A stretch of DNA of 64,000 nt from a phage, in sequence record PZ496581.1. One strand, given 5' to 3'. Shown here piece after piece: positions 12,251-21,364 of this stretch. The translations under genes and the position numbers were made by a program. Position 1 is the stretch's first letter; every line of letters starts with the position of its first letter. Below the pieces are notes generated by a model. That model was not told the DNA's origin, ran no database searches, and was given only the letters and a program-made list of their open reading frames with translations.

Positions 12251-13249
12251 TTATGATACTAATTCAATCCATGCAGGACGCAGAACATCTTGCACCATTC
12301 GGACTAATTCTTTCTTAACAAGATTCGGATTATCAGATGATGTTAATACAATACCTTCACGAGAAGTTTCTTCCAGAATATCTTGAACAGTCAATCCCAT
12401 CACTTTGCCAAAATCTTTTGGCGTTACAGTCCCAATCTTAGAAATCACATTATTAACACGATTTAATGTAACATAACAAGCTAGAACATCAAGCAAGTTT
12501 TTGTCAATTTCGGTTAATGGAACCTGAGTTTTAATAGGCTTATCAGACTTTTTCTTTTCACTGAATTTAGAGTTCTTGCACTTAATAGCTACACGAGTAC
12601 CGTTTGGCAGCCATTTAGGGAAACAAGGCTTCAGAACATAACCTTCTGCCGTATTATCGCCAATAACATTAGCATCAAATACACAATTATTTGCTTCTAC
12701 AAGGTCTTCTGACGCAGTAGCATTATAAGCGGCTAAGACAGAATCAAGGTCGTTTGGAATCATGATAAGAGCATCAAATGTGCCACGTCCAAGCATTGGT
12801 GCCATTTTAAAACCGAATTCATTACAGAAATCTTGCATTTCGTAATCGGTCAAATACGTATTATCACCACTTTCTGTATTGATAAGGATATCGAACACAT
12901 AAAAATCTTTTTCACCGTAGTCAACACCTTTCTGGATTCCACCACCAGCGAATTCACCAAATACTTGATATGATACGGCTCGAGCTGTGTACATGAATTC
13001 CTGAACGGCTTTAATAGCTTTATCATACTTCTTGAGTACGATTTCATAACCATAAAAATCTTCTGCTGGAAGAATAGGGCCTGTGCGCTTGGCGCATGTG
13101 ACGTTGTCACGTTCAATTATTAACGAGAAGTTAGTCCCATGGATTTTCTCACGTGCTACCCAAACACCAGTAGTCAAACCATTAGTGTAGAGTTTTTCAA
13201 TAAACTTAGAGTTGTAGTGGTTTTCAAGACTGCTGTATTTCTTAAACAT
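12251..13249 (-). CDS. rnlB: RNA ligase 2 (Rnl2)
   Basis: 332 aa ORF, near-identical N-terminus to T4 Rnl2 ([20 protein letters not shown]), ligase motif I KIHGTN. Confidence 0.95.
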   Translation of the reverse strand: MFKKYSSLENHYNSKFIEKLYTNGLTTGVWVAREKIHGTNFSLIIERDNVTCAKRTGPILPAEDFYGYEIVLKKYDKAIKAVQEFMYTARAVSYQVFGEFAGGGIQKGVDYGEKDFYVFDILINTESGDNTYLTDYEMQDFCNEFGFKMAPMLGRGTFDALIMIPNDLDSVLAAYNATASEDLVEANNCVFDANVIGDNTAEGYVLKPCFPKWLPNGTRVAIKCKNSKFSEKKKSDKPIKTQVPLTEIDKNLLDVLACYVTLNRVNNVISKIGTVTPKDFGKVMGLTVQDILEETSREGIVLTSSDNPNLVKKELVRMVQDVLRPAWIELVS

Positions 13250-13368
13250 AAATCACCATTATAAATAATAATATCAAAATAATTAGCAGAGACTCTGTCT
13301 CTGTCCGGATGTTTAATTTGAATGGATAGAACCTAGATTCATTATACCATCAAAAAATGTAAAGCATA

Positions 13369-13620
13369 CTAGAACTTGATTTCTATCCAGTGCCCATCAC
13401 GCTGGTCGTGATTAATTTTATACTGAAAGCCATTATCACGTAACCACTGCCCGATTTGCTCGGTGATAGTTAAATCATTCTTTGACGGATAGTATGTAAA
13501 TTGTGTCTGGCCTTTGTCAGCGGCTTTCTCTGCCATCACAGAGAAGTTAGTAATAAAATCACTCAACAAATTAGCTTTAGTGGCCAGTGCCCTTTCTCTT
13601 AATTCCTGTGCAAAACTCAT
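13369..13620 (-). CDS. Hypothetical protein (24.2-like position)
   Basis: 83 aa ORF, overlaps upstream gene by 4 nt; positional equivalent of T4 24.2. Confidence 0.6.
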   Translation of the reverse strand: MSFAQELRERALATKANLLSDFITNFSVMAEKAADKGQTQFTYYPSKNDLTITEQIGQWLRDNGFQYKINHDQRDGHWIEIKF

Positions 13621-13817
13621 TTCTTCACCTTTTTGTTAATCAAACGTTTACGGTATACAACTTTTTCTTTTGCTTTAAACTTTGACCGAGCTGTCTCGGC
13701 TTTAGTCCATAGTAATCCAACTTCTTTAGGTTGTAAACCAATTTTTTGAGCAATTTCTACGAATGAAAATCCCGCCTCATGTAATGTATAAACTTCAACT
13801 TCAGCTCTCATAATCAA
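13617..13817 (-). CDS. Hypothetical small basic protein (24.3-like position)
   Basis: 66 aa ORF with basic C-terminus; positional equivalent of T4 24.3. Confidence 0.6.
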   Translation of the reverse strand: MIMRAEVEVYTLHEAGFSFVEIAQKIGLQPKEVGLLWTKAETARSKFKAKEKVVYRKRLINKKVKK

Positions 13818-13892
13818 TCCCGTATTATTTGGTTTGTGCCATTATATACATCAATCTCAAGTTGTGTTTTGTATGCTTTAAAAACGAAGAAA

Positions 13893-13906
13893 GGGGCCGA
13901 AGCCCC
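13893..13906 (-). terminator. UUCG-tetraloop terminator after hoc
   Basis: Minus strand reads GGGGC-UUCG-GCCCC followed by a U-rich tract, 7 nt after the hoc stop. Confidence 0.7.
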
Positions 13907-13912
13907 TTACGA

Positions 13913-15326
13913 TTATGGATATGTATAGATGATACCAGTTTCCAAAGCAGTTTTATGGATGATGTATCCATTACGTGATTCTTGAACATCAACTTCCGGA
14001 TAGTCTTTCATCATCTTCTGAAGAGTGTAACGATGCAGGTAGTATTTACTATCTGGATCTTCAGTTTTCCAATCTTTACCTTCTTCAGTCATTTTTTGGA
14101 TTTCATCCATAACCCACCATCCGCACCAGATGTAAGCTGAAGTACGATGTGGAAGAGGATGAACATAAGGTAGTTCACCTTCTGGTTCAATTGGAGTCCG
14201 TTCAGCAATAACAACTTCAGCGGTTGAACTAATTGTCTTTGAAGTATAATTATCTTTAGTTAATACTGCTTCAACTTTAATTGTATGAGTACCCGCTGAG
14301 GAGGTATCAATACTATAAGTATTAGTAGAATTACTTTCTGCTACGTTGTCTTTCTTCCAAGAATACACAATATTAGTATCACCAGGAGCACCAGTAACAG
14401 ATGCTGTTAAAGTTGCAGTTCCACCAACAGTAGTATTAACTGATGGCGGAGATAAAGAAATGGTGGCACTATTAAATGTCGCATTATTAGTTACTACTGT
14501 TGCTTCTGCTGAAATTTCTTTTGTAACATAATTTGTTGCAGAAACAGATGCGGTGCATTTAAGAGTTTTACTTCCGACTTCGGTCGGAGTGAATTTATAC
14601 GTAGCAGAAGTTGCATCCGGAATATTACTGTCATCCATTGACCATTGGAATGTTATAGTAGCACCTGAAGGTGCACTAGAGACATTTGCAGTTAAAGTAA
14701 TAGGAACACCAAAGACTGTAGTCGGAGACTCGGGTGTAATTTTTTAGCGTCGAAGAATTAGCCTTTTTATTTACAGTCAAAGAAACCGCTGATGATTCTA
14801 CTGTTTTATCAACGTAATCAGTTGCAGTCACTGTGACAGAGCAAGTTATAGACTTAGTTCCTTCAGTTGTTGGTGTATTCAAAGGTTGATTGCTTTTGAC
14901 CGTCAACAGCGACCCCGTCAACTTTCCATGTATAATCAATAGCAGCACCAGTAGGTTGATTGCTTACATTAGCAGTGAATGTTGTTGCTGTTCCAATTTC
15001 TACTGCCGCAGGAGAAGCCGGAGTAACAGTGATAGTGGAATTATTTTCTTTCTTATTAACAGTGATAGTTGTTGATGCTTCAGCTATTTCCGGATCTCCT
15101 GCGGAAAGTGTATTAGTTGCAACCACTTTAATTTTTTTGTTCCTGCTGGAGAAGCAAGAGTATAATCCATTGTAGCAGCCGTAGAGCCCTGTGTTATATC
15201 ATCTACAGTCCAGACGTATGTAATAGTACCGTCTGGAGTTTGACCACTGGGAGTAGCAGTAAACTGCTGAGTCTGATCTATAACTCCAGTAGGTGTTTTA
15301 GGAGTTATATCAACTGTAAAAGCCAT
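13913..15326 (-). pseudogene. hoc: hoc (outer capsid decoration protein) interrupted by three frameshifts; apparent four Ig-like domains
   Basis: Four consecutive minus-strand ORF pieces (15084-15326, 14863-15126, 14676-14948, 13913-14638) each align to T4 Hoc; C-terminal capsid-binding domain ..PEGELPYVHPLPHR..IIYTYP is near-identical to T4; frame breaks at T7 run 15132-15138, at about 14878-14886 and at T6 run 14740-14745. Confidence 0.85.
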
Positions 15327-15335
15327 AACTTATCC

Positions 15336-16004
15336 TTATTTTAATGTTACGAAAGAAGAATTACGAGTTTCACGAATTAGAACTGATCCATCGCGATTAA
15401 TATAATAAATTAAGCTAAATAATGTTTGGTGAGCAGAAGCATGCACAAAACTAGTTGGGCGAGATTTCCAATCTGGGGTTTCGGCTATCCATTGATAAAT
15501 CCACCAAGGAACAGTAACATATCCTGGGCCTTTGCCTAATTTAATGAGTGTAGGACTAAAATTTTCAGGCAGAACAAATTTTACTTCTTTATTTACCTCT
15601 GGTTCAGGCTCTTTTTCAGATTCAACAACCTGAGTAATTGCTTCTTCGAATTTATCATGGTCGAATTCTTTTTCTTGTTCGACAACTTCTAATACTTCAA
15701 CTTGTTCTGTTGGAGAATCAAACAACAGAATAGCTTCTTCTTTAACTTCTTCGTTGGTGAAATTAACACCGTCCACATCATCTGCGGCAGTAATTAAATC
15801 GGTGATAGATAATCCATCGGTTTCAGGTAATGGTTCATCAGCCAGTGCGTTAAGAGCTTCTTCGATATCAATAACAATATTATCAAATGATTTTGTTTTC
15901 TTAACACTAATGCCAAATTGTCCCGCATATTCAAACAGTTTAGCTTTGGCTTCCTTTTTATCAGAAAGAGCACGTAACTCTTCAATATAGTCTTTATCGA
16001 TCAT
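15336..16004 (-). CDS. inh: Inh, inhibitor of prohead protease gp21
   Basis: 222 aa acidic ORF immediately upstream of hoc on the same strand; T4 Inh is about 226 aa; SD GAGGA. Confidence 0.8.
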   Translation of the reverse strand: MIDKDYIEELRALSDKKEAKAKLFEYAGQFGISVKKTKSFDNIVIDIEEALNALADEPLPETDGLSITDLITAADDVDGVNFTNEEVKEEAILLFDSPTEQVEVLEVVEQEKEFDHDKFEEAITQVVESEKEPEPEVNKEVKFVLPENFSPTLIKLGKGPGYVTVPWWIYQWIAETPDWKSRPTSFVHASAHQTLFSLIYYINRDGSVLIRETRNSSFVTLK

Positions 16005-16017
16005 GGTATTTCCTCAT

Positions 16018-16025
16018 TATAAATA
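16018..16025 (+). promoter_or_regulatory. Late promoter TATAAATA upstream of the seg-type endonuclease gene and uvsW
   Basis: Exact TATAAATA about 28 nt upstream of the likely HEG start. Confidence 0.6.
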
Positions 16026-16053
16026 TAACTATATTTATTACATGGAAAAGAGT

Positions 16054-16785
16054 ATGTATCACTTTGTTTATGAGACCGTAAATTTAATCAATGGTAAAAA
16101 GTACATTGGCAAACATTCTACAGAAAATTTAAATGATTCGTATCTAGGGTCAGGTGTTGCCTTAAATCGCGCTATCAAAAAATACGGAGAAGAATCATTT
16201 AAACGTTCAATAATTAAACAATTTGAAACTTCCGCTGAAGCTTTAGAATACGAAGCTCAGTTAGTAACAGAGGATTTGGTCAAATCTAACGAGTATTATA
16301 ATATGCGCCAAGGCGGTGAAGGTGGAAGGTATAAGTACACCGAAGCTGATAAGATTAAAATGTCTAATAGTGCTAAAGAACGAATAAAGAGGCTTGGTCA
16401 TAATCTTTTAGGAAAACACAGATCGGAAGAAACAAAAAGAAAACTATCTGAAACAAATAAACGTCGATACTCTGAAGACCCAACATGCCACGGGCGGTAT
16501 GGTACAGGAAAGCCAAAGATTGATAAAATTAAAGGTCCTAAAAATCCTACAACTCTAAATAAAATTTGTGTTAACAAAGGTAAAGAAAACAGATTTATAT
16601 CAGCCGAGGACCCGATGCCTGAAGGATTTGTAAAAGGAATGGTCCAACTTAATAGAAAATCTAGAAAGGGTTGTGAAGTAAAACCTACGACCACCGGCAG
16701 AATATGGGTAAATAACGGGGCTATAAATAAATTAGTAAATCCGTTATCCATCCCAGATGGATATGTTAAAGGCCGTTTAAGGTAA
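16054..16785 (+). CDS. GIY-YIG homing endonuclease, seg-type (segE-like position)
   Basis: GIY-YIG motifs (MYHFVYETVN..KKYIGKHS.., NMRQGGEGG) plus basic NUMOD-like C-terminal region; listed ORF starts at 16003 but that lies upstream of the late promoter, so ATG 16054 (or 16042) is more likely; paralogous to the 9901-10560 gene. Confidence 0.85.
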   Translation: MYHFVYETVNLINGKKYIGKHSTENLNDSYLGSGVALNRAIKKYGEESFKRSIIKQFETSAEALEYEAQLVTEDLVKSNEYYNMRQGGEGGRYKYTEADKIKMSNSAKERIKRLGHNLLGKHRSEETKRKLSETNKRRYSEDPTCHGRYGTGKPKIDKIKGPKNPTTLNKICVNKGKENRFISAEDPMPEGFVKGMVQLNRKSRKGCEVKPTTTGRIWVNNGAINKLVNPLSIPDGYVKGRLR

Positions 16786-16790
16786 TTATT

Positions 16791-18305
16791 ATGACAGATA
16801 TTAAAGTACATTTTCATGATTTTAGCCATGTAAGAATTGAATGCGACGAAAGCGTGTTCTATGAATTACGCGACTTTTTTAGCTTTGAAGCCGATGGGTA
16901 CAAATTCAACCCGCGTTACAAATATGGGAACTGGGATGGTAGAATTCGACTTTTAGATTACAATCGTTTGTTACCATATGGACTTGTAGGACAAATAAAA
17001 AAGTTCTGTAACAATATGAGTTATTCTGTATGGATTGACCCTAAAATCTTTGAGACTGAAGACCTTACCAGAGAAGATTTTGACGCATGGCTTTCTAAAC
17101 AAGAAATTTATTCGGGCAACGCCAAAATCGAACCACATTGGTATCAAAAAGATGCAGTATATGAAGGACTAGTTAATCGTCGTCGAATTTTAAACCTTCC
17201 GACATCAGCAGGTAAATCACTAATCCAAGCACTTTTAGCTCGGTATTATCTAGAGAACTATGAAGGCAAAATTCTCATTATTGTCCCTACAACAGCATTG
17301 ACAACCCAGATGGCTAATGATTTTGTTGATTATCGCTTGTTTAGTCATTCGATGATTAAGAAAATTGGCGGTGGTGCTGATAAAGCAGACAAATCTAAAA
17401 ACGACGCTCCAATTATTGTTGGCACATGGCAAACGGTAGTTAAGCAGCCTAAAGAATGGTTCTCTCAGTTCGGTATGATGATGAACGATGAATGCCACTT
17501 AGCAACAGGCAAAAGTATTTCTTCAATCATCGCAGGATTAAATAATTGTATGTTTAAATTCGGTTTATCTGGCTCATTAAGAGACGGAAAAGCCAATGTA
17601 ATGCAGTACGTAGGTATGTTCGGCGAAATCTTCCGTCCTGTTAGCACGTCTAAATTAATGGAAGATGGACAGGTAACTGAGCTTAAGATTAATAGTATTT
17701 TCCTTCGTTATCCGGACGAATTCACTGTTAAATTAAAAGGTAAAACATACCAAGAAGAAGTTAAAATTATTACCGGACTAAAACGTCGTACAAAGTGGAT
17801 TGCTCAACTTTCAGTCAAATTGGCTAAGAAAGACGAGAACGCCTTTGTAATGTTTAAACACGTTACACACGGTAAAGAAATATTTGAAGCTATTAAAGAG
17901 CTTGGATACGAAAAAGTTTATTACGTATCAGGTGAAGTTGATACCGAAACACGTAACGCGCTTAAAGTCATGGCAGAAAATGGTAAAGGCATTATTATTG
18001 TCGCATCATATGGAGTATTCTCTACTGGTATTTCAGTCAAGAATCTTCATCATGTTATTTTTGCCCATGGTGTTAAATCAAAAATTATCGTACTTCAAAC
18101 CGTAGGTCGTGTGCTTCGTAAGCATGGTTCTAAAGCTGTTGCTACAGTTTGGGATCTCATAGATGACGCAGGTGTAAAACCTAAATCATTAAATACTAAA
18201 AAGAAGTATACTCATCTTAATTACTTGTTAAAACACGGTATTGATCGTATCCAACGTTACGCTGATGAGAAATTTAACTATGTAATGAAAACAATTAATT
18301 TATAA
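16791..18305 (+). CDS. uvsW: UvsW RNA-DNA and DNA helicase
   Basis: 504 aa ORF with SF2 helicase motifs (Walker A PTSAGKS, DECH box); T4 UvsW is about 502 aa. Confidence 0.95.
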   Translation: MTDIKVHFHDFSHVRIECDESVFYELRDFFSFEADGYKFNPRYKYGNWDGRIRLLDYNRLLPYGLVGQIKKFCNNMSYSVWIDPKIFETEDLTREDFDAWLSKQEIYSGNAKIEPHWYQKDAVYEGLVNRRRILNLPTSAGKSLIQALLARYYLENYEGKILIIVPTTALTTQMANDFVDYRLFSHSMIKKIGGGADKADKSKNDAPIIVGTWQTVVKQPKEWFSQFGMMMNDECHLATGKSISSIIAGLNNCMFKFGLSGSLRDGKANVMQYVGMFGEIFRPVSTSKLMEDGQVTELKINSIFLRYPDEFTVKLKGKTYQEEVKIITGLKRRTKWIAQLSVKLAKKDENAFVMFKHVTHGKEIFEAIKELGYEKVYYVSGEVDTETRNALKVMAENGKGIIIVASYGVFSTGISVKNLHHVIFAHGVKSKIIVLQTVGRVLRKHGSKAVATVWDLIDDAGVKPKSLNTKKKYTHLNYLLKHGIDRIQRYADEKFNYVMKTINL

Positions 18306-18330
18306 GGGCTTCGGCCCTTAGGAGATAAAA

Positions 18331-18564
18331 ATGGTACTTGAATTTAAACAATTTTTATACGAAGCATCTATTGACGAATTCATGGGTAAAATTGCTAGTT
18401 GTCATACCTTAGAAGGGCTTGAAGAATTGGAAGCTTATTATAAGAAACGTATAAAAGAAACGGAATTAAAAGATACAGATGATATTTCTGTCAGGGATGC
18501 CTTAGCAGGTAAGCGTGCCGAACTTGAAGGCGACGATGATGAGGATGAGGAAGAAGACTTCTAA
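18331..18564 (+). CDS. uvsW.1: UvsW.1 small acidic protein
   Basis: 77 aa ORF with poly-D/E tail directly after uvsW, separated by an aagggc-ttcg-gccctt hairpin with SD AGGAG. Confidence 0.8.
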   Translation: MVLEFKQFLYEASIDEFMGKIASCHTLEGLEELEAYYKKRIKETELKDTDDISVRDALAGKRAELEGDDDEDEEEDF

Positions 18565-18621
18565 TTAAAAAAAGGCCCAACCTTTTTGGAAGGGCCAAAA
18601 CCATAGGCAAAAAAGGTAACA

Positions 18622-18789
18622 CTATAGTAAAAGTTGGGTTTCGTTCAATTGCTCTTCTGAACTTTCTGAAACCGGTAATTGTTGGACATAATTATAACAA
18701 GGACCAGGATGTGCTGGACCTTTGTCTGTTTCAACAACCAATGCAGAATCGATTGGAGTTTTACAGACAACACAAATCTTATCTGACAT
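18622..18789 (-). CDS. Unlisted small ORF (55 aa) with CxxC...C; uvsY.-1-like position
   Basis: ATG at 18789 with perfect SD AGGAGG 6 nt upstream and a minus-strand late promoter 40 nt upstream; MSDKICVVCKTPID..GPCYNY; below the 60 aa cutoff of the ORF track. Confidence 0.6.
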   Translation of the reverse strand: MSDKICVVCKTPIDSALVVETDKGPAHPGPCYNYVQQLPVSESSEEQLNETQLLL

Positions 18790-18821
18790 GATTGCCTCCT
18801 AAGTTGAAATTACATATCTAT

Positions 18822-19046
18822 TTATACAACTCTCATATGCATATCAATGCCCATATCTTTAGAATAAAAATATTCATCAAGATATCCGGCAAATTTTCCT
18901 TTAATATAAAGGACGTCTTCGCCACAAGGGTGGTCTGCCAGAATACGAATATCCTGACGACGTAGACGATACTTTTCCATTAAGAATTTAATTTCAGTTT
19001 CAAATTCTTCATCATTATTAAAGGCATCTTCAATTGAATAACGCAT
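18822..19046 (-). CDS. Hypothetical protein (uvsY.-2-like position)
   Basis: 74 aa ORF, start overlaps uvsY stop. Confidence 0.6.
   Translation of the reverse strand: MRYSIEDAFNNDEEFETEIKFLMEKYRLRRQDIRILADHPCGEDVLYIKGKFAGYLDEYFYSKDMGIDMHMRVV
18829..18836 (-). promoter_or_regulatory. Late promoter (TATAAATA on minus strand) for the 55 aa ORF
   Basis: + strand tatttata is the reverse complement of TATAAATA; lies at the 3' end of the upstream uvsY.-2-like ORF. Confidence 0.6.
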
Positions 19047-19459
19047 TATTGCCCCGCTTCAAATTCTCGCATATCCTGGATATGTTTAAGTGCAAAACTA
19101 CGAGACTTAACTGCGTCAAGTGCACCACTACAGAACTCAAGTAAAATTCCCCAGTATTGTAAAGTAGTCTCTATTTTAAGCACATCTTTATCTGCAGCCA
19201 GGACAGTTTTCATTTCAGATTTCTCGTATCGGTCCATACTGAATTCATCACCGTCACCTCGTCCCGAGTAGTAGTCTAATCTCGCTTTTAGAGCAGTTTT
19301 CTTCTGAGTCTCTATACGCAACATTTCTTTACGAATAAATGAGTGCTTACGTAGCCATTTGCTGTATAACTTAACATTATTCGCCGTCTCGTATTGCAAC
19401 TTTGTCGTATCAATAGCTAAGTCTGCGTCTAACTCTTCCTGTAAATCTTCCAGCTTCAT
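19046..19459 (-). CDS. uvsY: UvsY recombination mediator
   Basis: 137 aa from ATG 19459 (MKLEDLQEELDADL..) near-identical to T4 UvsY; the listed 164 aa ORF has an N-terminal extension unlikely to be translated. Confidence 0.93.
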   Translation of the reverse strand: MKLEDLQEELDADLAIDTTKLQYETANNVKLYSKWLRKHSFIRKEMLRIETQKKTALKARLDYYSGRGDGDEFSMDRYEKSEMKTVLAADKDVLKIETTLQYWGILLEFCSGALDAVKSRSFALKHIQDMREFEAGQ

Positions 19460-19539
19460 AATATTCTCTCTTTTAACTAATAATCTCCCGGCTGTATCGG
19501 AAGGACCTAAAACCATTATACATAGGTTGCCTTGAAGCA

Positions 19540-19938
19540 TTACACTCTATTGCTTGATGCTAACTGAAGTTTGATTTGTTCGATATCATCAGGGTTATCT
19601 ACGACCGAAAATCTAATCTCTACTATAACCGTATAGTCATCATATACTGGCGTTACACTTACAGAAAGTTTGTCGATGCGCGGCTCATAGTTACGGACGG
19701 CTGCCTGGATATTACGCTCAATCGTATCGGCTGTAAGCGGTGTCATGTTCTCGAAAAGTTCATCAACCAAATCGCATCCAAATTCAGGGTCGAAGGGGCG
19801 TGAGCCTTTTCTAGTTGTCACTATGCCAAGAAGACTATTTTTAATAGAACGAAGTCCTACAGAACGAGCAACGTCCTTGTTCCAATCCATGCGCATTTCT
19901 GGGTCGATATCTGAATAAAGTTTATTGATATTAGACAT
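19540..19938 (-). CDS. 25: Baseplate wedge protein gp25
   Basis: 132 aa ORF near-identical to T4 gp25 (..NINKLYSDIDPEM..QLASSNRV). Confidence 0.95.
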   Translation of the reverse strand: MSNINKLYSDIDPEMRMDWNKDVARSVGLRSIKNSLLGIVTTRKGSRPFDPEFGCDLVDELFENMTPLTADTIERNIQAAVRNYEPRIDKLSVSVTPVYDDYTVIVEIRFSVVDNPDDIEQIKLQLASSNRV

Positions 19939-20564
19939 TATAGTAACTCAAAGAATTCTTTGAGGCCTCGTATTGTGTGAACGTGTGACGTCCCGCATTT
20001 GGGACATTTAATAGGGGTTGCCAGATAAATTGATGGCGATACCAAAAGATTTTTAATATTGATCATGTCATCTTCTGTTATAAGGCCGTAAAGGTCGTTT
20101 ATTTCTGCTTCAGTTAAATCTTCAACAGGGATGGACTCTCCATTGACAAAAACGGCCTCAATACATGAAGCAATCATTAATGCGATATTTTTATCGTCAA
20201 ATAATTTAGGTTGACGGAACTTAATTTTAATACCACTAAACGAATACCAGGGATCGGCCTGTTCATCTAATTGAGTGTGCAATAAATTCATATAGACTTG
20301 AAATGAATGCCCACAGGAACAATTCCAGGTGTGTTCTTGATTCACTTCACCTAATGAATGTGCCCACAGATTTACCAACAATAGCTCGGCTTCTTGTTTA
20401 GTCAAGTTTTTAGCGTTAGAGCAATTAGTGATAATATTGTTCACTGCTGATTCAATAGTACCGGTAGCCCGCGCACCTATGAGTCCTAAATATTCTTTTA
20501 AAGTAAAGGCTCTACAATTCACTTCTTTATCGCCTAAACGTACGGTAAACGTATATTTGTACAT
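19938..20564 (-). CDS. 26: Baseplate hub protein gp26
   Basis: 208 aa ORF; T4 gp26 is 208 aa; stop overlaps gene 25 start. Confidence 0.9.
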   Translation of the reverse strand: MYKYTFTVRLGDKEVNCRAFTLKEYLGLIGARATGTIESAVNNIITNCSNAKNLTKQEAELLLVNLWAHSLGEVNQEHTWNCSCGHSFQVYMNLLHTQLDEQADPWYSFSGIKIKFRQPKLFDDKNIALMIASCIEAVFVNGESIPVEDLTEAEINDLYGLITEDDMINIKNLLVSPSIYLATPIKCPKCGTSHVHTIRGLKEFFELL

Positions 20565-20582
20565 GTTAACTCCTTTATTGTG

Positions 20583-20594
20583 TATTTATAAATA
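20583..20594. promoter_or_regulatory. Overlapping divergent late promoters (palindrome TATTTATAAATA) for genes 26/25 (-) and 51 (+)
   Basis: tatttata (20583-20590, minus-strand TATAAATA) overlaps tataaata (20587-20594) in the 47 nt gap between divergent genes 26 and 51. Confidence 0.7.
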
Positions 20595-20611
20595 ATAGAA
20601 AAGGAGTAATT

Positions 20612-21364
20612 ATGGCTAATATAATTCGTTGTAAATTACCGGATGGTGTTCATCGTTTTAAGCCGTTCACTGTGGCGGATTATAGAGACTTTTTACTAGT
20701 TAGAAATGATATCGAACATCGTTCGCCGCAAGAACAAAAAGAAATAATTGCCGATCTGATTGATGATTATTTTGGCGAGTACCCTAAAACATGGCAACCA
20801 TTTATATTCCTGCAAGTTTTTGCAGGCTCTATAGGCAAAACAAAAGTTCCCGTTATTTTCACTTGCCCTAAATGCTCTAAAGAAAAAACTGCACCATTTG
20901 AGATATATCAAAAAGAACTAGTCGAACCTGAACTTGATGTTGCTGGTATAAAAATACGTTTTTCTTTCCCTGAAAAGTTTTATGACAACAAGGCATTAAT
21001 GATAAGTGAAAACATAAAAGAAATATACTATAATGATGAATGGTACCCATGGAATGATTTGACTGAAGAGAACCAAATCCAAGTAATAGAAGCAATAGAC
21101 ATCGACTCACTCGAGAAGGTTATTGCTTCTATGAACCCTATTAATTTGACCCTTAGATTAGGCTGTTGTGAACGTCATGTTAAAACATATACTGATATCT
21201 TAGAGGTTTTTAAATTGTTAGTTAACCCTGATGAGATTTTTACATTCTATCAGATAAACCATTCACTGGTAAAGAGTCAATACACATTGGATTCTATTAT
21301 GCAAATGATTCCTGTTGAACGTGGTATTGCTTTAACATTAGTAGAAAAGGACCATAAAAAATGA
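20612..21364 (+). CDS. 51: Baseplate hub assembly catalyst gp51
   Basis: 250 aa ORF with CxxC pairs; T4 gp51 is 249 aa; SD AAGGAG. Confidence 0.9.
   Translation: MANIIRCKLPDGVHRFKPFTVADYRDFLLVRNDIEHRSPQEQKEIIADLIDDYFGEYPKTWQPFIFLQVFAGSIGKTKVPVIFTCPKCSKEKTAPFEIYQKELVEPELDVAGIKIRFSFPEKFYDNKALMISENIKEIYYNDEWYPWNDLTEENQIQVIEAIDIDSLEKVIASMNPINLTLRLGCCERHVKTYTDILEVFKLLVNPDEIFTFYQINHSLVKSQYTLDSIMQMIPVERGIALTLVEKDHKK

Noticed and set aside
13260-13267. TATAAATA late-promoter motif on the + strand pointing into the antisense of the 24.2/24.3/hoc genes
   Set aside because: No + strand gene follows it. In AT-rich DNA several chance 8-mer matches are expected in 64 kb, so it is not reported as a promoter; an antisense late transcript cannot be excluded without transcript data.
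13913-15326. Programmed ribosomal or transcriptional frameshifting as the explanation for the hoc frame breaks
   Set aside because: Three separate frame changes in different directions within 600 nt, none at a recognisable slippery heptamer with a downstream structure, make a programmed mechanism unlikely; reported instead as pseudogene or error.
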